A model generated the notes under the pieces. The model made no database searches, was not told the origin of the DNA, and saw only the letters and a list, made by a program, of their open reading frames with translations. A stretch of 64,000 bases of DNA from Chrysemys picta bellii (Eukaryota), in NCBI RefSeq assembly GCF_011386835.1, contig NC_088793.1, positions 101,680,001 to 101,744,000 on the forward strand, in the 5' to 3' direction. The position numbers were made by a program, and so were the translations under genes. How positions within the stretch are numbered: position 1 is the stretch's first letter; each line of letters begins with the position of its first letter. This document shows, piece by piece, positions 24,753 to 38,189 of this stretch.

Positions 24753-26215
24753 GAAGGTTTTCACAAAAAAAGCGGAGTTGCGCATTATGTTCTGGAAAAG
24801 GCGAGACGTGGTCTACACATTTCTTATATATATATATCTTTTATTTGTTTGAGCAAACAGAGGCATCTGATTTCCAGTGCAGTCAATATGGCACATTTTG
24901 TGTCAGTTTTTCAAAGAGTGACTCAGCTGCTGAGCCCACAAAAATCTGCACACATGCAAAATACCTAACCGAACATTACGCAGTTTTTGCAATATCATGC
25001 CCACGGATCTGCCATCACCTGATGTATGCAAATGCCCACTTAATTGAGCAAATGATGTTGGGGGGAGTGGTTGTGAGTGTGTTGCATCCACAGGCATTTT
25101 TGCTAGCACTTTCAATACATCCTCTGCTGATGATTTAGTCGTGTATGTTTAAAGAGTGCTATTTTAAAAAACAATCTCCAAGCGGGGAGTGGAGGAGCTA
25201 AGAGTGCACTGGCTTTGCCTGTTAGCTGTGGATGCAACCAGCTCGACGAACACTGCAGACATCTGACCAGCAGAGGAAATACAAAAGATACGGGAGAGAG
25301 ATTGTCATGCAGCGTTCTCTTTCTTTTGCAGGCAATTCCTGGGACTCAAGACCTTACTGTATAATAAGAAAGTACACATTCTGTCCATTATTTGGGAGCC
25401 AAAATTTATCAAAGAGTTCTGTGTGAAACAGTTTTAGTCAAAAAATTCTTAAGAAGAGTCACGCTAATTATGGGTGTTTAAGATCATGTAAACTCTGCAA
25501 AAAGACTGTTTGTTAATGAGACACCCGTTATATCCTCTCCCCAGAGCTCACTCATTCCCTTTGCTGTTTTTCTGCATTTTGCGGCTGACTGAACATGAAT
25601 CTCACATGGGAATCCTCAGACAAAAACAGCTTCTATAGGTCTATTCCCTGAGCTCTGTCTGATGTCCTGCTCAGTGTTCAAGTTTTTAAAAAACATTTTT
25701 AAGCACCTGTGAAATCGCACTCCATAGCAAAACTAAATACTGAAATTATTTTAAAAAGTCACTTTTAAACTGGGAAAAAGAAGCCACTAACATGCTGAGA
25801 GGCATGGCACATTAAAGGCAAAATGGTAGACTTTCTGAATAACAAGGACTGAAAGATCAGATTCTGCAGTCTGCTTTGACTTACATAAGTGTAAGCAGCA
25901 CAAAGTGGCCTTAAAGCCTCTGGAGGTGGCCAGCCTAGAGTTCCCTTTAAAGAAGGAAATTTTGCATTGGCATAAATTTGGCAGGAGTAGCACAGCTGCC
26001 TCCTGCATCAACTGCTCCCACCCCAAAGTGCCCAGCATAAGGAGAGGGAAGGTCCAATGTGGGCTGGGATAATGATATTTTATGTCCAGTTCTCCACTGG
26101 CTTAATATCACTGTGCAGAAATAACTTGCACAGTAGCTAGGCAACTTCAGATCAGGGAGCTACAGCCAGTTCTCTGTGGCTCCAATCTCTAATCAAGCCC
26201 TTTATGTCTAAGTAT

Positions 26216-27257
26216 TACTCCTGGGGGAATTCTGCACCAATGCGCACATGCAGAATTCGTGTCCCCCACAGATTTATTTGCTTCCCTGCAAAAAAATTAC
26301 TTTCTGATGGGGAAGCAAATGGAAGCCACAAGAGCAGTCATGTGCCCCTCCCCTAAGCATGGACACATGGTTTTGGGCACCTGGAGCAACTGGTGGTGCA
26401 GCAAATCACTGTGGTGGAGAGTGGGCCAGGGGCTAGGTCAGACCCCCCCCCCCCCGTCCACCAATCCCCCATGCATCCAGACCCCTACTGGTGTCTCCCC
26501 CCCCCGCACCAGAATCCCCCCCACCAAGCCCTCTGCTGAGCCCCACACCTCCTACACCTGGCCCTTCCCAGCCACAGCCAGTGGCTCCTACTCTGCACTG
26601 GGCTCAGCTCCTATTCCCAGCTAGGCTGGGGGAGGGGGAGGAGTGCACTTCTCCTACACAGAACAGCCAGACCCGAGTCAAATCCAACTCCAGAAAACTG
26701 ACCTGTCTCCAAACCCCTCTACCCTGCTTCCTGCCTCATCTCTCCTCAGCCACCGGGAGAGGGGTCACTGTACTGGGAGCTGCTCCCCCATCTGCCCAAC
26801 CTGTCCCATTGCCCCTGCACTCAGACTCCCCACCATGAGCCCCTGTGCATCCAGATCCTCCCACATCTGGACTCCCCCACTGAGCTACCCACACCCAGAT
26901 TACCCAACACCTTGATCCCCCCACACTAAGCCTCTCCACACTTGAATCCTGCCTGTCTGCCTACACCTGGTATACCTAGCAGATAGGGACAGGGCCCTGG
27001 GGTGTTACAGTGGCAGGCCCAGCCCTTGCATTATTTCGGGGTCAGGTACAGCCTCACCATCAGGTCCATGGTCTGGGTGGAGGGTGGGGCTGAAGGGTGA
27101 TCTCCCACTTCCATGTAGCCAGTGGCATGTGCTCCCCACTGCCATGCTGGAGTCTCCACATTATTTATTGACAAATAAAATTTGCAGAATTTTGCAGAAT
27201 TTTAAAATATTGTGCACAGAATTTTTAATTTTTTGGTGCAGAATTCCCTGGGGAGTA
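26216..27257. mobile_element. Non-autonomous TIR element with a 6-bp TSD
   Basis: 25-bp TIR TACTCC(TGG/CCA)GGGAATTCTGCACCAA and TSD AAGTAT. The empty site ctAAGTATac is seen in copies 2 (about 41875) and 3 (about 58592). Confidence 0.85.
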
Positions 27258-28756
27258 AAGTATACAAGGCCAGTAGAACCAGGCTCACTTCACTCCTTCT
27301 CGGCTGCCTAGGGTCAGGGGGCATGTTAGGAGGCAGCAGGGAAAAGAAAGGGATCTTCTGGAGAGAGGCTCTTCCAGGAGCCCTGCGATGCAGGGAGCTG
27401 AAAGTGGAAGACCCAGCCACCAGCCGCCGGGGACTGACAGGGAGAGCCCCAGCTGTCAGCAGCCCAGGACTCCTGGGGTCTGACAAAATTGTAGGGGAAG
27501 CCTAATATTGTGGGATCTGCAATGTCTCCACTATTGCAAATTAAGTAGGGCATTATATATAAGACATTTTATTATTTTTTTATTTATTCCCAGTGTCTAA
27601 ACTTCATCTTATCATTGTTGTCTCTGGATGAACATAGTTTCATAAGCAGTACAAAATTAGTATGGTAAATATGAACTAGCGCTAGCCCTTCACCACAAAA
27701 GGTCTTCTTTGTCTTCTTTGTCCTGCTGACAGAAGCCAGCATAAAGAGGTGGAGTTTGGATTGGACCGTAAAAGAGAACAAACTTAGGCACCACCATCTG
27801 CCCTCTTTCAAAAATGCAGCCATACTGTGTCAGACCAATAATCCATCTAGTTCTGTATCTGGTCTTCCAAGAGTGGCCAATTTCAGGTGCTTCAGAGGGT
27901 ATGAACAGAACAGATAATCATCAAGTGAGCCATCCCCTGTTGTCCACTCCCATCTTGTGGCAAACAGAGGCTAGGGACCCTCAGAGCAGAATGTTGCATC
28001 CCTGCCCATCCTGGCTAATAGCCATTGATGGATCCAGACCCCTAAGAACATATCTAGTTCTTTTTATGAACCCAGTTATACTTTTGGCCTTTCACAACAT
28101 CCCCTGGTATCCTCTGAGCTCCAACATATTCATTGGGACTGCTAAGGTTCTCAGCTGATCTCAGTTACTTTGGTAATGCATAGAGACAGAGGTGATTTCT
28201 CAAGTGCAGCAGCTACAACCCAAACTGAACACTGAATCAACAAATATTCAGAACACTTTCCCGCTAGAGACTTAATTACTCATTGATTGGTGTGTATGAG
28301 ACTGGCTTGTGTAGCTTGCATGTAGATAAAGATCAGTTATTCAGTCAGAGAAAACATTTTGGGCTTAGTTCTGTTACCCTTATACATGCTGAGAATTAGG
28401 GTATGTCTACACTATGAAATTACTCTGATTTTACAGAAGTCGATTTTTGGGAACAGATTGTATAAAGTAGAGTGCATGCATCCACACTAAGCACATTAAT
28501 TCGGCGGTGTGTGTCCATAGTATCGTGGCAAGTGTCGACATTCCGAGCGGTGCACTGGGGTAGCTATCCCACAATTCCTGCAGTCCCCGCTGCCCATTGG
28601 AATTCTGGGTTGAGCTCCCAATGCTCCCAAAAATTTGTCCTGGGTGGTTATGGGTAAATGTCGTCAGTCAACCCTCCCTCCATGAAAGCAACGGCAGACA
28701 ATCATTTCAGGCCCTTTTCCCTTGGCTGCTCAAGCAGACGCCATAGCACGGGGAGC

Positions 28757-30031
28757 ATGGAGCCTGTTCAGCTCACCGCAGCAGTTATGAGCATTGTAAA
28801 CACCTCATGCATTATCGTGCAGTTTATGCAGAACCAGAAGCTGAAAAACCAGGCCAGGAGGCGACGGCAGCATGGTGACGAGAGTGATGAGGACATGGAC
28901 ACAGACTTCTCTCAAAGTGCGGGCAATGTGGACATCATGGTGTTAATGGGGCAGGTTCATGCCGTGGAACGCTGATTCTGGGCCCGGGAAACAAGCACAG
29001 ACTGGTGGGATCGCATAGTGTTGCAGGTCTGGGATGATTTCCCAGTGGCTGCGAAACTTTCGCATGCGTAAGGGCACTTTCATGGAACTTTGTGACTTGC
29101 TTTCCCCTGCCCTGAACCGCAAGAATACCAAGATGAGAGCAGCTCTCACAGTTCACAAGTGAGTGGCGATAGCCCTCTGGAAGCTTGCAATGCCAGACAG
29201 CTTCCGGTCAGTCAGGAATCAATTTGAAGTGGGCAAATCTACTGTGGGGGTTGCTGTCATGCAAGTAGCCAACGCAATCACTGAGCTACTGCTATCAAAG
29301 GTAGTGACTCTGGGAAATGTGGAAGTCATAGTAGATGGCTTTGCTGCAATGGGATTCCCTAAATGTGATGGGGCGATAGACGGAACCCATATCCCTATCT
29401 TGGGACCGGACCACCAAGGCAGCCAGTAAACTGCAAGGGGTACTTTTCAATGGTGCTGCAAGCACTGGTGGATCACAAGGGACATTTCACCAACATCAAC
29501 GTGGGATGACCAGGAAAGGTTCATGATGCTCGCGTCTTCAGGAACTCTGGTCTGTTTAAATGGCTGCAGGAAGGGATTTACTTCCCAGACCAGAAAATAA
29601 CTGTTGGGGATGTTGAAATGCCAATAGTTATCCTTGGGGACCCAGCCTACTCCTTAATGCCCTGGCTCATGAAGCCATACACAGGCACCCTGGACAGTAG
29701 TAAGGAGCTGTTCAACTATAGGCTGAGCAAATGCAGAATGGTGGTAGAATGTGCATTTGGACGTTTGAAGGGTCGCTGGAGCAGTTTACTGACTCGCTCA
29801 GACCTCAGCGAAACCAATATCCCCATTGTTATTGCTGCTTGCTGTGTGCGCCACAATCTCTGTGAGAGTAAGGGGGATACGTTTATGGCGGGGTGGGAGG
29901 TAGAGGCAAATTGCCTGGCCGCTAATTACGCACAGCCAGACACCAGGGCGATTAGAAGAGCACATCAGGAAGCACTGTGCATCAGAAAAGCTTTGAAAAC
30001 CAGTTTCATGACTGGCCAGGATACCGTGTGA
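28757..30031 (+). pseudogene. Harbinger (HARBI1-like, DDE_Tnp_4) transposase, disrupted
   Basis: Motifs NFRMRKGTF, GAIDGTHI, HDARVF, LGDPAY and RMVVECAFGRLK. In-frame stops (28973, about 29160, about 29507) and frameshifts (about 29040, about 29427). AATAAA at 30129-30134. Confidence 0.9.
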
Positions 30032-30254
30032 CAGTTCTATTTGTTTCTCCTTGATGAAAACCCGCCCCCTTGGTTGACTCTAATTCCCTGTAAGCCAACC
30101 TCCCTCCCCCCTTTGATCACAGCTTGGAAATAAAGTCACTATCATTTAAAAACCATGTATTCTTTATTAATTGATTATAAAAATAGGGAGATAACTCACA
30201 AGGTAGCCTGGGTGGGGTGTGGGAGGAGGGGAGGAGGGAACGAAAAGGCCACTT

Positions 30255-32232
30255 CCATACTTGTTGAATGACAGCCTTCTGTCCTCTGGGGTGGAGTGTT
30301 GGGTGCCCGGAGCCTCCCCCGTCCCACGTTCTTGGGTGTCTGGGTGAGGAGGCATGGAACTTGGGGAGGAGGGAGGGCGGTTAAACAGGGGCTGCAGTGG
30401 CAGTCTCTCCAGCTGACATTCCTGAACCTCAACCAGATGCCGGATCATGTCCGTTTATTCCAACAGTAGCCCCAGCATTGCATCCTGCCTCCTCTGATCT
30501 TCCTGCCACCACGTCTCCTCACGTTCACTGGCCGCTTTCTTGTCCTGTGCTATTGTGTCCCTCCACACTTTCTGCTGAGCTCTTTCAGTGTGGGACGCCT
30601 GCATGAGCTCAGAGAACATTTCATCGTGCATGCATTTTTTTGGCCACCTTATCTGAGATAGCCTTTGGGACGGAGGAGGGAGGCTTGAAACATTTCCAGC
30701 TGTGAGAGGAAAAAAAGGTAGAGAAGTATTTAAAAAGATACATTTTACAGAACAATGGGTATACTCTTTCACGGTGAACAACACTATTCACATTACATAG
30801 CACATGTGATTTCGGTACAAGGTCATTTTTTGCATCTTATATTGAGTGCTTGCGGCTTTGGTGTTAGAGATCAAACATACCGGGCAACAGAATTGGGCTT
30901 GCAGACGGCCATGGTAAACCATAGTCTTTTGGCTTCTGCAACCTTCATAACAGCAGCACCCTCCTTTCCCATACCAAGCAAAGCCCGTTGAGTTGTCCAT
31001 TTAGGGCTGCGGTTTTCGTGTTAACATGCAGCAGCAGAAACCAAACTAATACCCCCCACCCGCATCTTTTCTCTGCGATGATCGCTTTAACCCTTCCCCA
31101 ACCGCGTGGCTGGTATCAGGGAAGATCCCTGCTAGCCAAACGCGAACAGCTCAGCGCCAATGGCCCCCTCCCCCACCGCTTTGCTAACTGCGGGAAGGAT
31201 TTCTTTTCACCCACAGGCAAACAGCCCAGTAGAAACAGCCATCTATGAAGGTCCCCTTAATTAAATTCCCGTATTTCAACCAGGTTACCATGAACGATAT
31301 CACTCTCCTAAGGATAACACAGAGAGATAAAGAACAGATGTTGCTTGAATGCCAGCAAACACCGGGACCATACGCTGCCAGGCATGCAATGATACCAAAT
31401 TACTTGCTACTAGCATGGCGTGGTAAAGTGTCCTACCATGGAGGATGGAATAAGGCTGCTTTCCTCAGAAACCTTCTGCAAAGGCTTTTAGATACCTCCA
31501 GGAGAGCTTCATGAAGATATCCCTGGAGGATTTCCGCTCCATCCCCAGACACGTTAACAGACTTTTCCAGTAGCTGTACTGGCCACGAATGCATCCCAAG
31601 TCCTCAGGGCAAATTAATCATTAAAAAACACTTGCTTTTAAACCATGTTTTAGATTTACAAAGGTACACTCACCAGAGGTCCCTTCTACGGCTTCATGGT
31701 CTGGGATACCGCCTTGGGAGGGTATTTCAGTCAGGGTGAGAAAAAGATCCTGGCTGTCGGGGAGAACGGTGTGCTGTGTGCTATCCTCAACCTTGTCCTC
31801 CTCCTCCTCATCTTCCCCGTCCATAAAATCCTCAGGCATGGCGACTGAGAATACCCCTTCATTGGAGTCCATGGACAGGGGTGGGGTAGTGGTGGCGGCT
31901 CCCCCTAGAATTGCCTGCAGCTCAGTGTAGAAGCGGCTTGTCTGCAGCTCTGTCCCGGAGCGTCCGTTTGATTCTTTGGCTTTCTGGTACGCTTGTCTCA
32001 GCTCCTTAAGTTTCACGCGGCACTATGTTGAGTCCCTGTTGTGGCCTCTGTCCATCATGGCCTTGGAGATTTTTTCAAATGTTTTGGCATTCCGTCTTTT
32101 GGAATGGAGTTTTGATAACACGGATTCATCACCCCATCCAGCAATCAGGTCCAGTATATCCCGTATGGTCCATGCTGGAGCTCTTTTTTGATTCTGGGAT
32201 TACATGGTTATCTGTGCTGATGAGCTCTGCAT
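30255..32232 (-). pseudogene. Harbinger ORF2, Myb/SANT-like (trihelix) DNA-binding protein, two exons, disrupted
   Basis: KRAPAWTIRDILDLIAGWG...NAKTFEKISKAMMDRGHNRD..CRVKLKELRQAY, followed by an acidic tract. Donor CTG|GTGAGT at 31673 and acceptor tcacag| at 30700 join in phase (S-A-G). Stops at 32200, 32023 and 30455. AATAAA on the - strand at 30168-30163. Confidence 0.85.
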
Positions 32233-33032
32233 GGTCACCTGTGCTGATCAGCTGTCCACATTAGACAAACAGGAAATGAAATTCACAAGTTCGCGGGGCT
32301 TTTCCTGTCTGCCTGGCCAGTGCATCCGAGTTCAGATTGCTGTCCAGAGTGGTCACAATGGTGCACTGTGGGATAGCTCCCGGAGGCCTATACCGTCGAA
32401 TTGCGTCCACACTAACCCTAATTCGAACCAGCAATGTCGATTTCAGCGCTACTCCCCTCGTCAGGGAGGAGTACAGATATTGATTTTAAGAGCCCTTTAT
32501 GTCAACAAAAATGGCTTCATTGTGTGGATGGGTGCAGGCTTAATTCGATTTAACGCTGCTAAATTCGACCTAAACTCATAGTGTAGACCAGGCCTTAGAG
32601 AAAGATACTCTCAATTGGAGTAAGGGTGGAGTTAGTGGGCCCACAATGTTGGGGAGTCCATTTTTTAAAAGGGGCAACTAGATAACAAATTAGTGCTTAG
32701 ATACAGGACTTGGAAAGAAATGACATTGTAGAGTAGTTGTCAAAATGATCACTGTGTATATAGGAACATAGCTGGACAGAATGTACTGTATAATTTCCCA
32801 GACTGTTCTCTCACTTCCTACTATCTAGACAGACAGGTCACTAAGATAGCATGCTAATCCTTAAACAATACCTATAGAGACACGCTACAAATGAGTTACG
32901 CCAAAAGCATGTGCAGATTCTTGTAAATGTTGTCAATATGTAGGGCACTATGTGAACTGTTCTAAAAGATCTCCAGAAACAGCATAGGCATCTATTCATA
33001 CTAATCCATTCAGAAGAGCCCTACTTGGTTAA

Positions 33033-34076
33033 TTAAGTATTTGTGGGAAACAAAGTACGAGTAGAGGAATCTGATCTGAAGATTGTACCAGCCACAATCA
33101 TTTTAAATGCTTTGCGAAACCAAGAATAAAATAAACCATAAATGATTGGATTACAAGTAGAATTGAAGTATCCCAGCCAGAGGAAGGCATTGTACAAGTC
33201 TTCAGGTGTTGAGAAGTTAATAAAAGGATCAGCTATCGTAAGAATAAAGAAAGGCAGCCAACAAAAAACAAACACCCCCATGACTACACTTAAAGTTTTA
33301 GTTGCTTTGTTCTCTTTTTTTGTGGACATTTTGTTTTTCAATTCAGAGACACATTTTATTGCACTGGGGATTTTAGCAATTTGTCTTGCATGTTTTCTTG
33401 CCACAGTAAATATGTGGACATAGATCCCCACCATCACTGTGCCTGGGAAAAAGAAGGCTATAAGAGAAACCATCACTCCCCAGAGCTTGTTAAATATGAG
33501 TGCACAGAAACCACTGCAGTCAATAGAAGCCACATATTCTTCAATGCCATCAATATTCAACTCTAAGAAAACTAAGCCAAAGGCAAATAAGAATGGGACA
33601 GACCAGCTAATTAATAAAAATAATACTATCACAGGGATAGTTATTTTGGTGACATAATGCAGTGGGTCACATACCGCGTAGTAACGGTCAACAGAAATAA
33701 AACATAGATGGAAAATAGAGGTGGTACAGAGCATTATATCACAGCAAGTATGGAGTTTGCAGAAGAGGTCTCCAAAATACCAGCATGACTCAATAGACCT
33801 GATCATACTGTAGGGCATAACCATGAAACTAAGCAAAAAGTCAGTAGCTGCCATGGAGCAGATCAGGAAGTTGGTTGGAGAGTGAAGCTGTTTGAAATGA
33901 GCAATGGAAATGATCACAAGCATATTCCCACCCATTGTGAGCACTATTGCTCCCACCATGAAGATGTACATTGCCCAAAGACTGATTGTAGACCTTATAT
34001 TTCTAGGACATGAATTGTTAACAAAGTCAAAGCAATACTCCACATTCTGTGGACTCCAGAGGTTGGATGAATTCAT
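33033..34076 (-). CDS. TAAR4: Trace amine-associated receptor 4, copy a
   Basis: Intact 347-aa ORF with CCDIMLCTTSIFHLCFISVDRY (Asp113 = 3.32), NKLWGV..SLIAFF.PGTVMVGIY and TPEDLYN.FLWLGYFNSTCNP, all typical of TAAR4. Confidence 0.92.
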   Translation of the reverse strand: MNSSNLWSPQNVEYCFDFVNNSCPRNIRSTISLWAMYIFMVGAIVLTMGGNMLVIISIAHFKQLHSPTNFLICSMAATDFLLSFMVMPYSMIRSIESCWYFGDLFCKLHTCCDIMLCTTSIFHLCFISVDRYYAVCDPLHYVTKITIPVIVLFLLISWSVPFLFAFGLVFLELNIDGIEEYVASIDCSGFCALIFNKLWGVMVSLIAFFFPGTVMVGIYVHIFTVARKHARQIAKIPSAIKCVSELKNKMSTKKENKATKTLSVVMGVFVFCWLPFFILTIADPFINFSTPEDLYNAFLWLGYFNSTCNPIIYGLFYSWFRKAFKMIVAGTIFRSDSSTRTLFPTNT

Positions 34077-34122
34077 GATTTGGGATTAACAACAGTAACT
34101 TTTTCAAAAGTTACAGCCAGTC

Positions 34123-34503
34123 CTGTGGAAAAATAAAATAAACAAAGTGATATGAACAGTAGCAGCATCTGCAGACCTGTGTTTCAGATTAGTTGATTAA
34201 CACCTAAACTTAAAAATAATGGGCCTAATTCTACTCTCAGTTGCAATAACATCAATTCAGAATAATTCTCATTTACTTCAGAGAAGTTACTCCAGACTTA
34301 CACCAGTATAAGCGATAGCGGAATTTGGCCCAATGCTAACAAAAAAAAAATGGGCTGAATCATTTCCTAAATTCTTTTGAATCTTAAGGTGCTCAAAAAC
34401 TCTTAGTAATATTGGATATTTTTGCTATGGAGTTTGCATTCAACACTATAAGCACCTTCATAAGAGTTTTGTAAAATGAAAGCCTCAAACACATGACACT
34501 CAC
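34123..34503 (-). other. Predicted 5'-UTR intron of TAAR4a
   Basis: Donor CAG|GTGAGT at 34503 and acceptor ttttatttttccacag| at 34123, 46 nt before the ATG. An in-frame stop upstream of the ATG shows the upstream exon is non-coding. Confidence 0.6.
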
Positions 34504-35539
34504 CTGATTTCCACAGTTCTACCCATCACATCTCTGTTCCTGGAGGTACTGACCATACGTTCAGTAGAGACATTACAGCATCAGAAAACCTAAATTGGTT
34601 GATGCTATAAAGATTTTAACATGCAACACTTTGTGAAGCTGGCCAGACCTCAAGGTAAAAGTGACAAAACCTCACCGACAGCCTCCTCATTTTAGCATGC
34701 TTGCCAGTAGGCCACTGAGTGTATACTTGCAGACAAGTTTCTCTTTGTAATATTAGTCCATTTAGGAGCTTACCCTCAACACATACTTGGCTAGGATTAA
34801 GAGAAATATAATAGCATCGTGCTGAGGAGTCATTTGGGTGTGCTGAACAATCTGTGCCTCAAAGCATTGAAAGATTTGAAAAACAGGTTAAATAACACCA
34901 GTTTAGTGAACTGTGTTTATTCTTTATTATCAATAATTGTTATTTAAGACTCTGTTTTTATTTAACCAGTATTTACTATTACAAATATACATGTGTAAGA
35001 AGAAAAAAACCATATATGTCACCTCACGGTCTGCACCCTCTCATCTACATGCTACTCCTTATGCCTGCAAACTGCTACACAATTCCTAGTGCATACAGCA
35101 GAATCTCAGTTAACGAACACCTCAGGAACAGAGGTTGTTCATAACTCTGAAATGTTCGTATCTCAGAACAAAACATTATGGTTGTTCTTTCAAAAGTTTA
35201 CAACAGAACATTGACTTAATCCAGCTTTGAAACTTTACTTTGCAGAAGAAAAATGTTGCTTTTAACCTTCTTATTTTAAATGAAACAAGCACAGAAATAA
35301 TTTCCTTACCTTGTCAAATCCCTTTTTTTAAATCTTTCTTTTTAGTAGGTTACATGTAACATAATACTCTACTGTACAATATTTCCTTTTTTTGGGTCTC
35401 TGCTGCCTGATTATGTACTTCTAGTTCCAAACGAGGTGTGTGAGTTACTGGGCAGTTTGTAACTCTGATGTTCGTAACTCTGAGGTTCTACTGTAATAGA
35501 ATTAAAGTGATGGAGTTTGAAAGTGGCGACTATGTGTGA

Positions 35540-35709
35540 CAGGGCCGCCCAGAGGATTCAGGGGGCCTGGGGCAAAACAACTTTGGGGGCCCCTTCCATA
35601 AAAAAAAACGTTGCAATACTATAGAATACTATATTCTCGTGGGGGCCCCTGTGGGGCCCGGGACCTGGGGCAAATTGCCCCACTTGCCCCCCCCCTCTGG
35701 GCGGCCCTG
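35540..35709. mobile_element. hAT-type MITE (CAGGGCCGCCC family), specific to copy 1
   Basis: TIR CAGGGCCGCCCAGAG and a perfect 8-bp TSD ATGTGTGA. Confidence 0.9.
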
Positions 35710-35833
35710 ATGTGTGATAGTGTGTGCACACACATATATACATAAATGTACACGTTATCTATATGTTCTTAGAGTTCTGGAGTTTAATCAATATTGTTTC
35801 ACAGTGGTAAAATAAGGAATTGTATTCTGCCAG

Positions 35834-36329
35834 TGTGACGAAGTGGGAATGTTCTTAATGTGTTCTTTGAATGCTGAGTGGGGAGTGTTGGCCTGGGAAG
35901 GTTGCAGGGGAGCTTTGCTGGGACTGTCTGCATGGGGGGATGGGAGACTTTCCTTGGGGGAAGATACCTGAACACGTAACATGAGAACCCAGGAAGGGGG
36001 TTGGAGGCCAGGTGACACCTCTGTCCAGGAAACTGGACAAAGGCTGGGGGAGGAGCTGGGGGGAGGCTAAGTGAGATGGCTGGAGGGAGTTTCAGTTTGG
36101 AGCTGGCTGGGAAAATGGAGGGGAGCCTAGATGGGGCTCTGGCCTCCCTGCCCCCCCACCCCCCGAGGGACCTAACTGAGGGGGTCCTGTTGTCTGTACC
36201 TGCAAGACCTGTCTTGGACTGTGTTCCTGTTGTCTAAATAAACCTTCTGTGTTACTGGCTGGCTGAGAGTCATGGTGAATCGCAGGAAGCCGGGGGTGCA
36301 GGGCCTTGTCTCCCTCAGACTCCATGACA
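35834..36329. mobile_element. Solo LTR, about 0.5 kb, specific to copy 1
   Basis: TGTGAC...ATGACA termini and TSD GCCAG/GCCAA. The empty site cccagtaatgc is present in copies 2 and 3. Confidence 0.8.
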
Positions 36330-38189
36330 GCCAATAACGCCAACAAGAGTTCCTGGTGACATCATAAACCACAAGACTCAAGTTGTTGGGAGTTTCTCAT
36401 GCTAGAAGGTCTCCAAATTTAGTTAGATGCTTAGATTATGTACACATCAGGGACTCATTCTTCAATAGAATACAGATTTTAATCAAACAAACTGCCCCAT
36501 CTGCAAGTCCCATTTCTTCCTCCTTTCAATTCTATAGGTCCATATCCCTTCTCCTGTTTTATCTATCCCTTTATTTGTCCCTCACATATTCCTGCTTTTC
36601 TTTTATTTCTCCCAGCTTGTCAGGTTCATTAAGCTATTTCTGAACCAAAGAGTACATGAAAGCTTTTTGGCAAACTTTTCTAAAATCCATTGGAAACTCC
36701 ATTGCATGATAAGAATATGAACATTTTCCATTATAAACATATTGCAGGTTTACATCAGGTATACCAGGCTGATACCAAAATGTAGCTTCATTATAATCTG
36801 TATTTTATATAAATAACCCTATAGTATGAATTCCCCCGAAAGACAATTATGCTGTGTGTATGCTTAACATTTTGTGATCTTTCTACTTTTTACACCAAAG
36901 ATATAGAAAGTATAGTGTCTATTGAAGGCCAAATCCTTACCCCATTAAAGTCATTGAGAGTTTTAAAAATGACTTTGATGGAATTAATATTAGCCCTTAT
37001 GTCTAATGAAGTTTATTCCTACAAGCATTTAAGCATGTGTATAACTTTACTCCAATGAACAGTACTACTGAAATCAATAGGTCTAGCCACATGTGAATAA
37101 GAGTGTTTACAGAAAAGGAGCTTAGTATATTATCTTCCTTTAGTACGTTGAAATGATATATGACATTAACATGCATAAGAAATATCACGTTTGCTCAGTA
37201 ACAGATTTTGTAAAAGTAAACTCTCAGAGACTGCAAACACATGAAAAACAAACTTTCTAGCCCAGCCCTGCAGTCCTCACATTGGTAATTATCAGCTCAC
37301 TAATACCATTTACAGATGTTTTAATCTGTCACTGGAATAGCATAATTATTGAAGATGATCCAGCTGTTCATCTCTAGACAGTTTCTCAATGATCTTGCCA
37401 AACATTTTCAGATTCAATTGATTTCTTTATTCTACATAGTGGTTCAAATTATTTTATGATACAGAGACAATCATGTCCTCTGAAAGAATCATTAGAAAAC
37501 TCTTTGTCATACAGTCATTCCACTATTGCGACTGGAAAATCAAATAAATTGCAGTTCTTCTAGTACTTTACAAAATGCAGCTGGTTACATCATTACATGG
37601 GAGTAAAATATGGTTTACCTGATCTCTCTCTATAATTCATCTTTTCATAGAAAACATTTTTGGCTGGGATTTTTGCTTTTGTTTCCAGTGTTTGATTTCA
37701 GTTAGAAAATCCTCTGATCCAAGTCAATGAACAGTTTTAGAGCTTATCTGTAAAATGTGCATAATTTTTTTCTTATTACCTTACAATGCTTGTTTGGTTG
37801 CTTTTTTCTCCATAAGACTCCTTTGTGGCAATTCTCAATGAAAATGCATTTGAAATTTTCCCTCTGTTCCGATCCGATTAACTGGGATGCTGCTAGTATA
37901 TATACAACAAAGAAGACCTGTAGCTGTCTCTGGTGAGTTTACAAGTCTCCTATCGTGTCTTTACTTTGGCAGATTCACTCTATAACTCTTCATTCTGCTG
38001 CTGCAACTGAAAAAAATTATTCATAAACAACCTGGTGAGGAGATTATTTGATTTGGTTCACAGCCACATTGGAAATGGGAGGATGAACTTTACAACTACT
38101 TAAATATGTTGAATATAAAGCCATGGAAGGTCTTTTAAATGATAACTTATAAGATTTATGGAACGGGGCTGTCATTTACTCTGCTGAGT

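Larger units (their letters stand above)
28399..32594. mobile_element. PIF/Harbinger DNA transposon, near full length, decayed
   Basis: TIRs GG(GTAT/CCTG)GTCTACACTATG and a TTA TSD (28396-28398, 32595-32597). The empty site gagaaTTAgag is present at about 60601. Contains convergent transposase and Myb/SANT genes. Confidence 0.95.

Noticed and set aside
25140-25950. Non-coding block present in all three TAAR4 units with TAATTA and TCCCTGAG-like sites (possible enhancer)
   Set aside because: The similarity is explained by recent duplication, and such short motifs occur by chance. Cross-species conservation would be needed.
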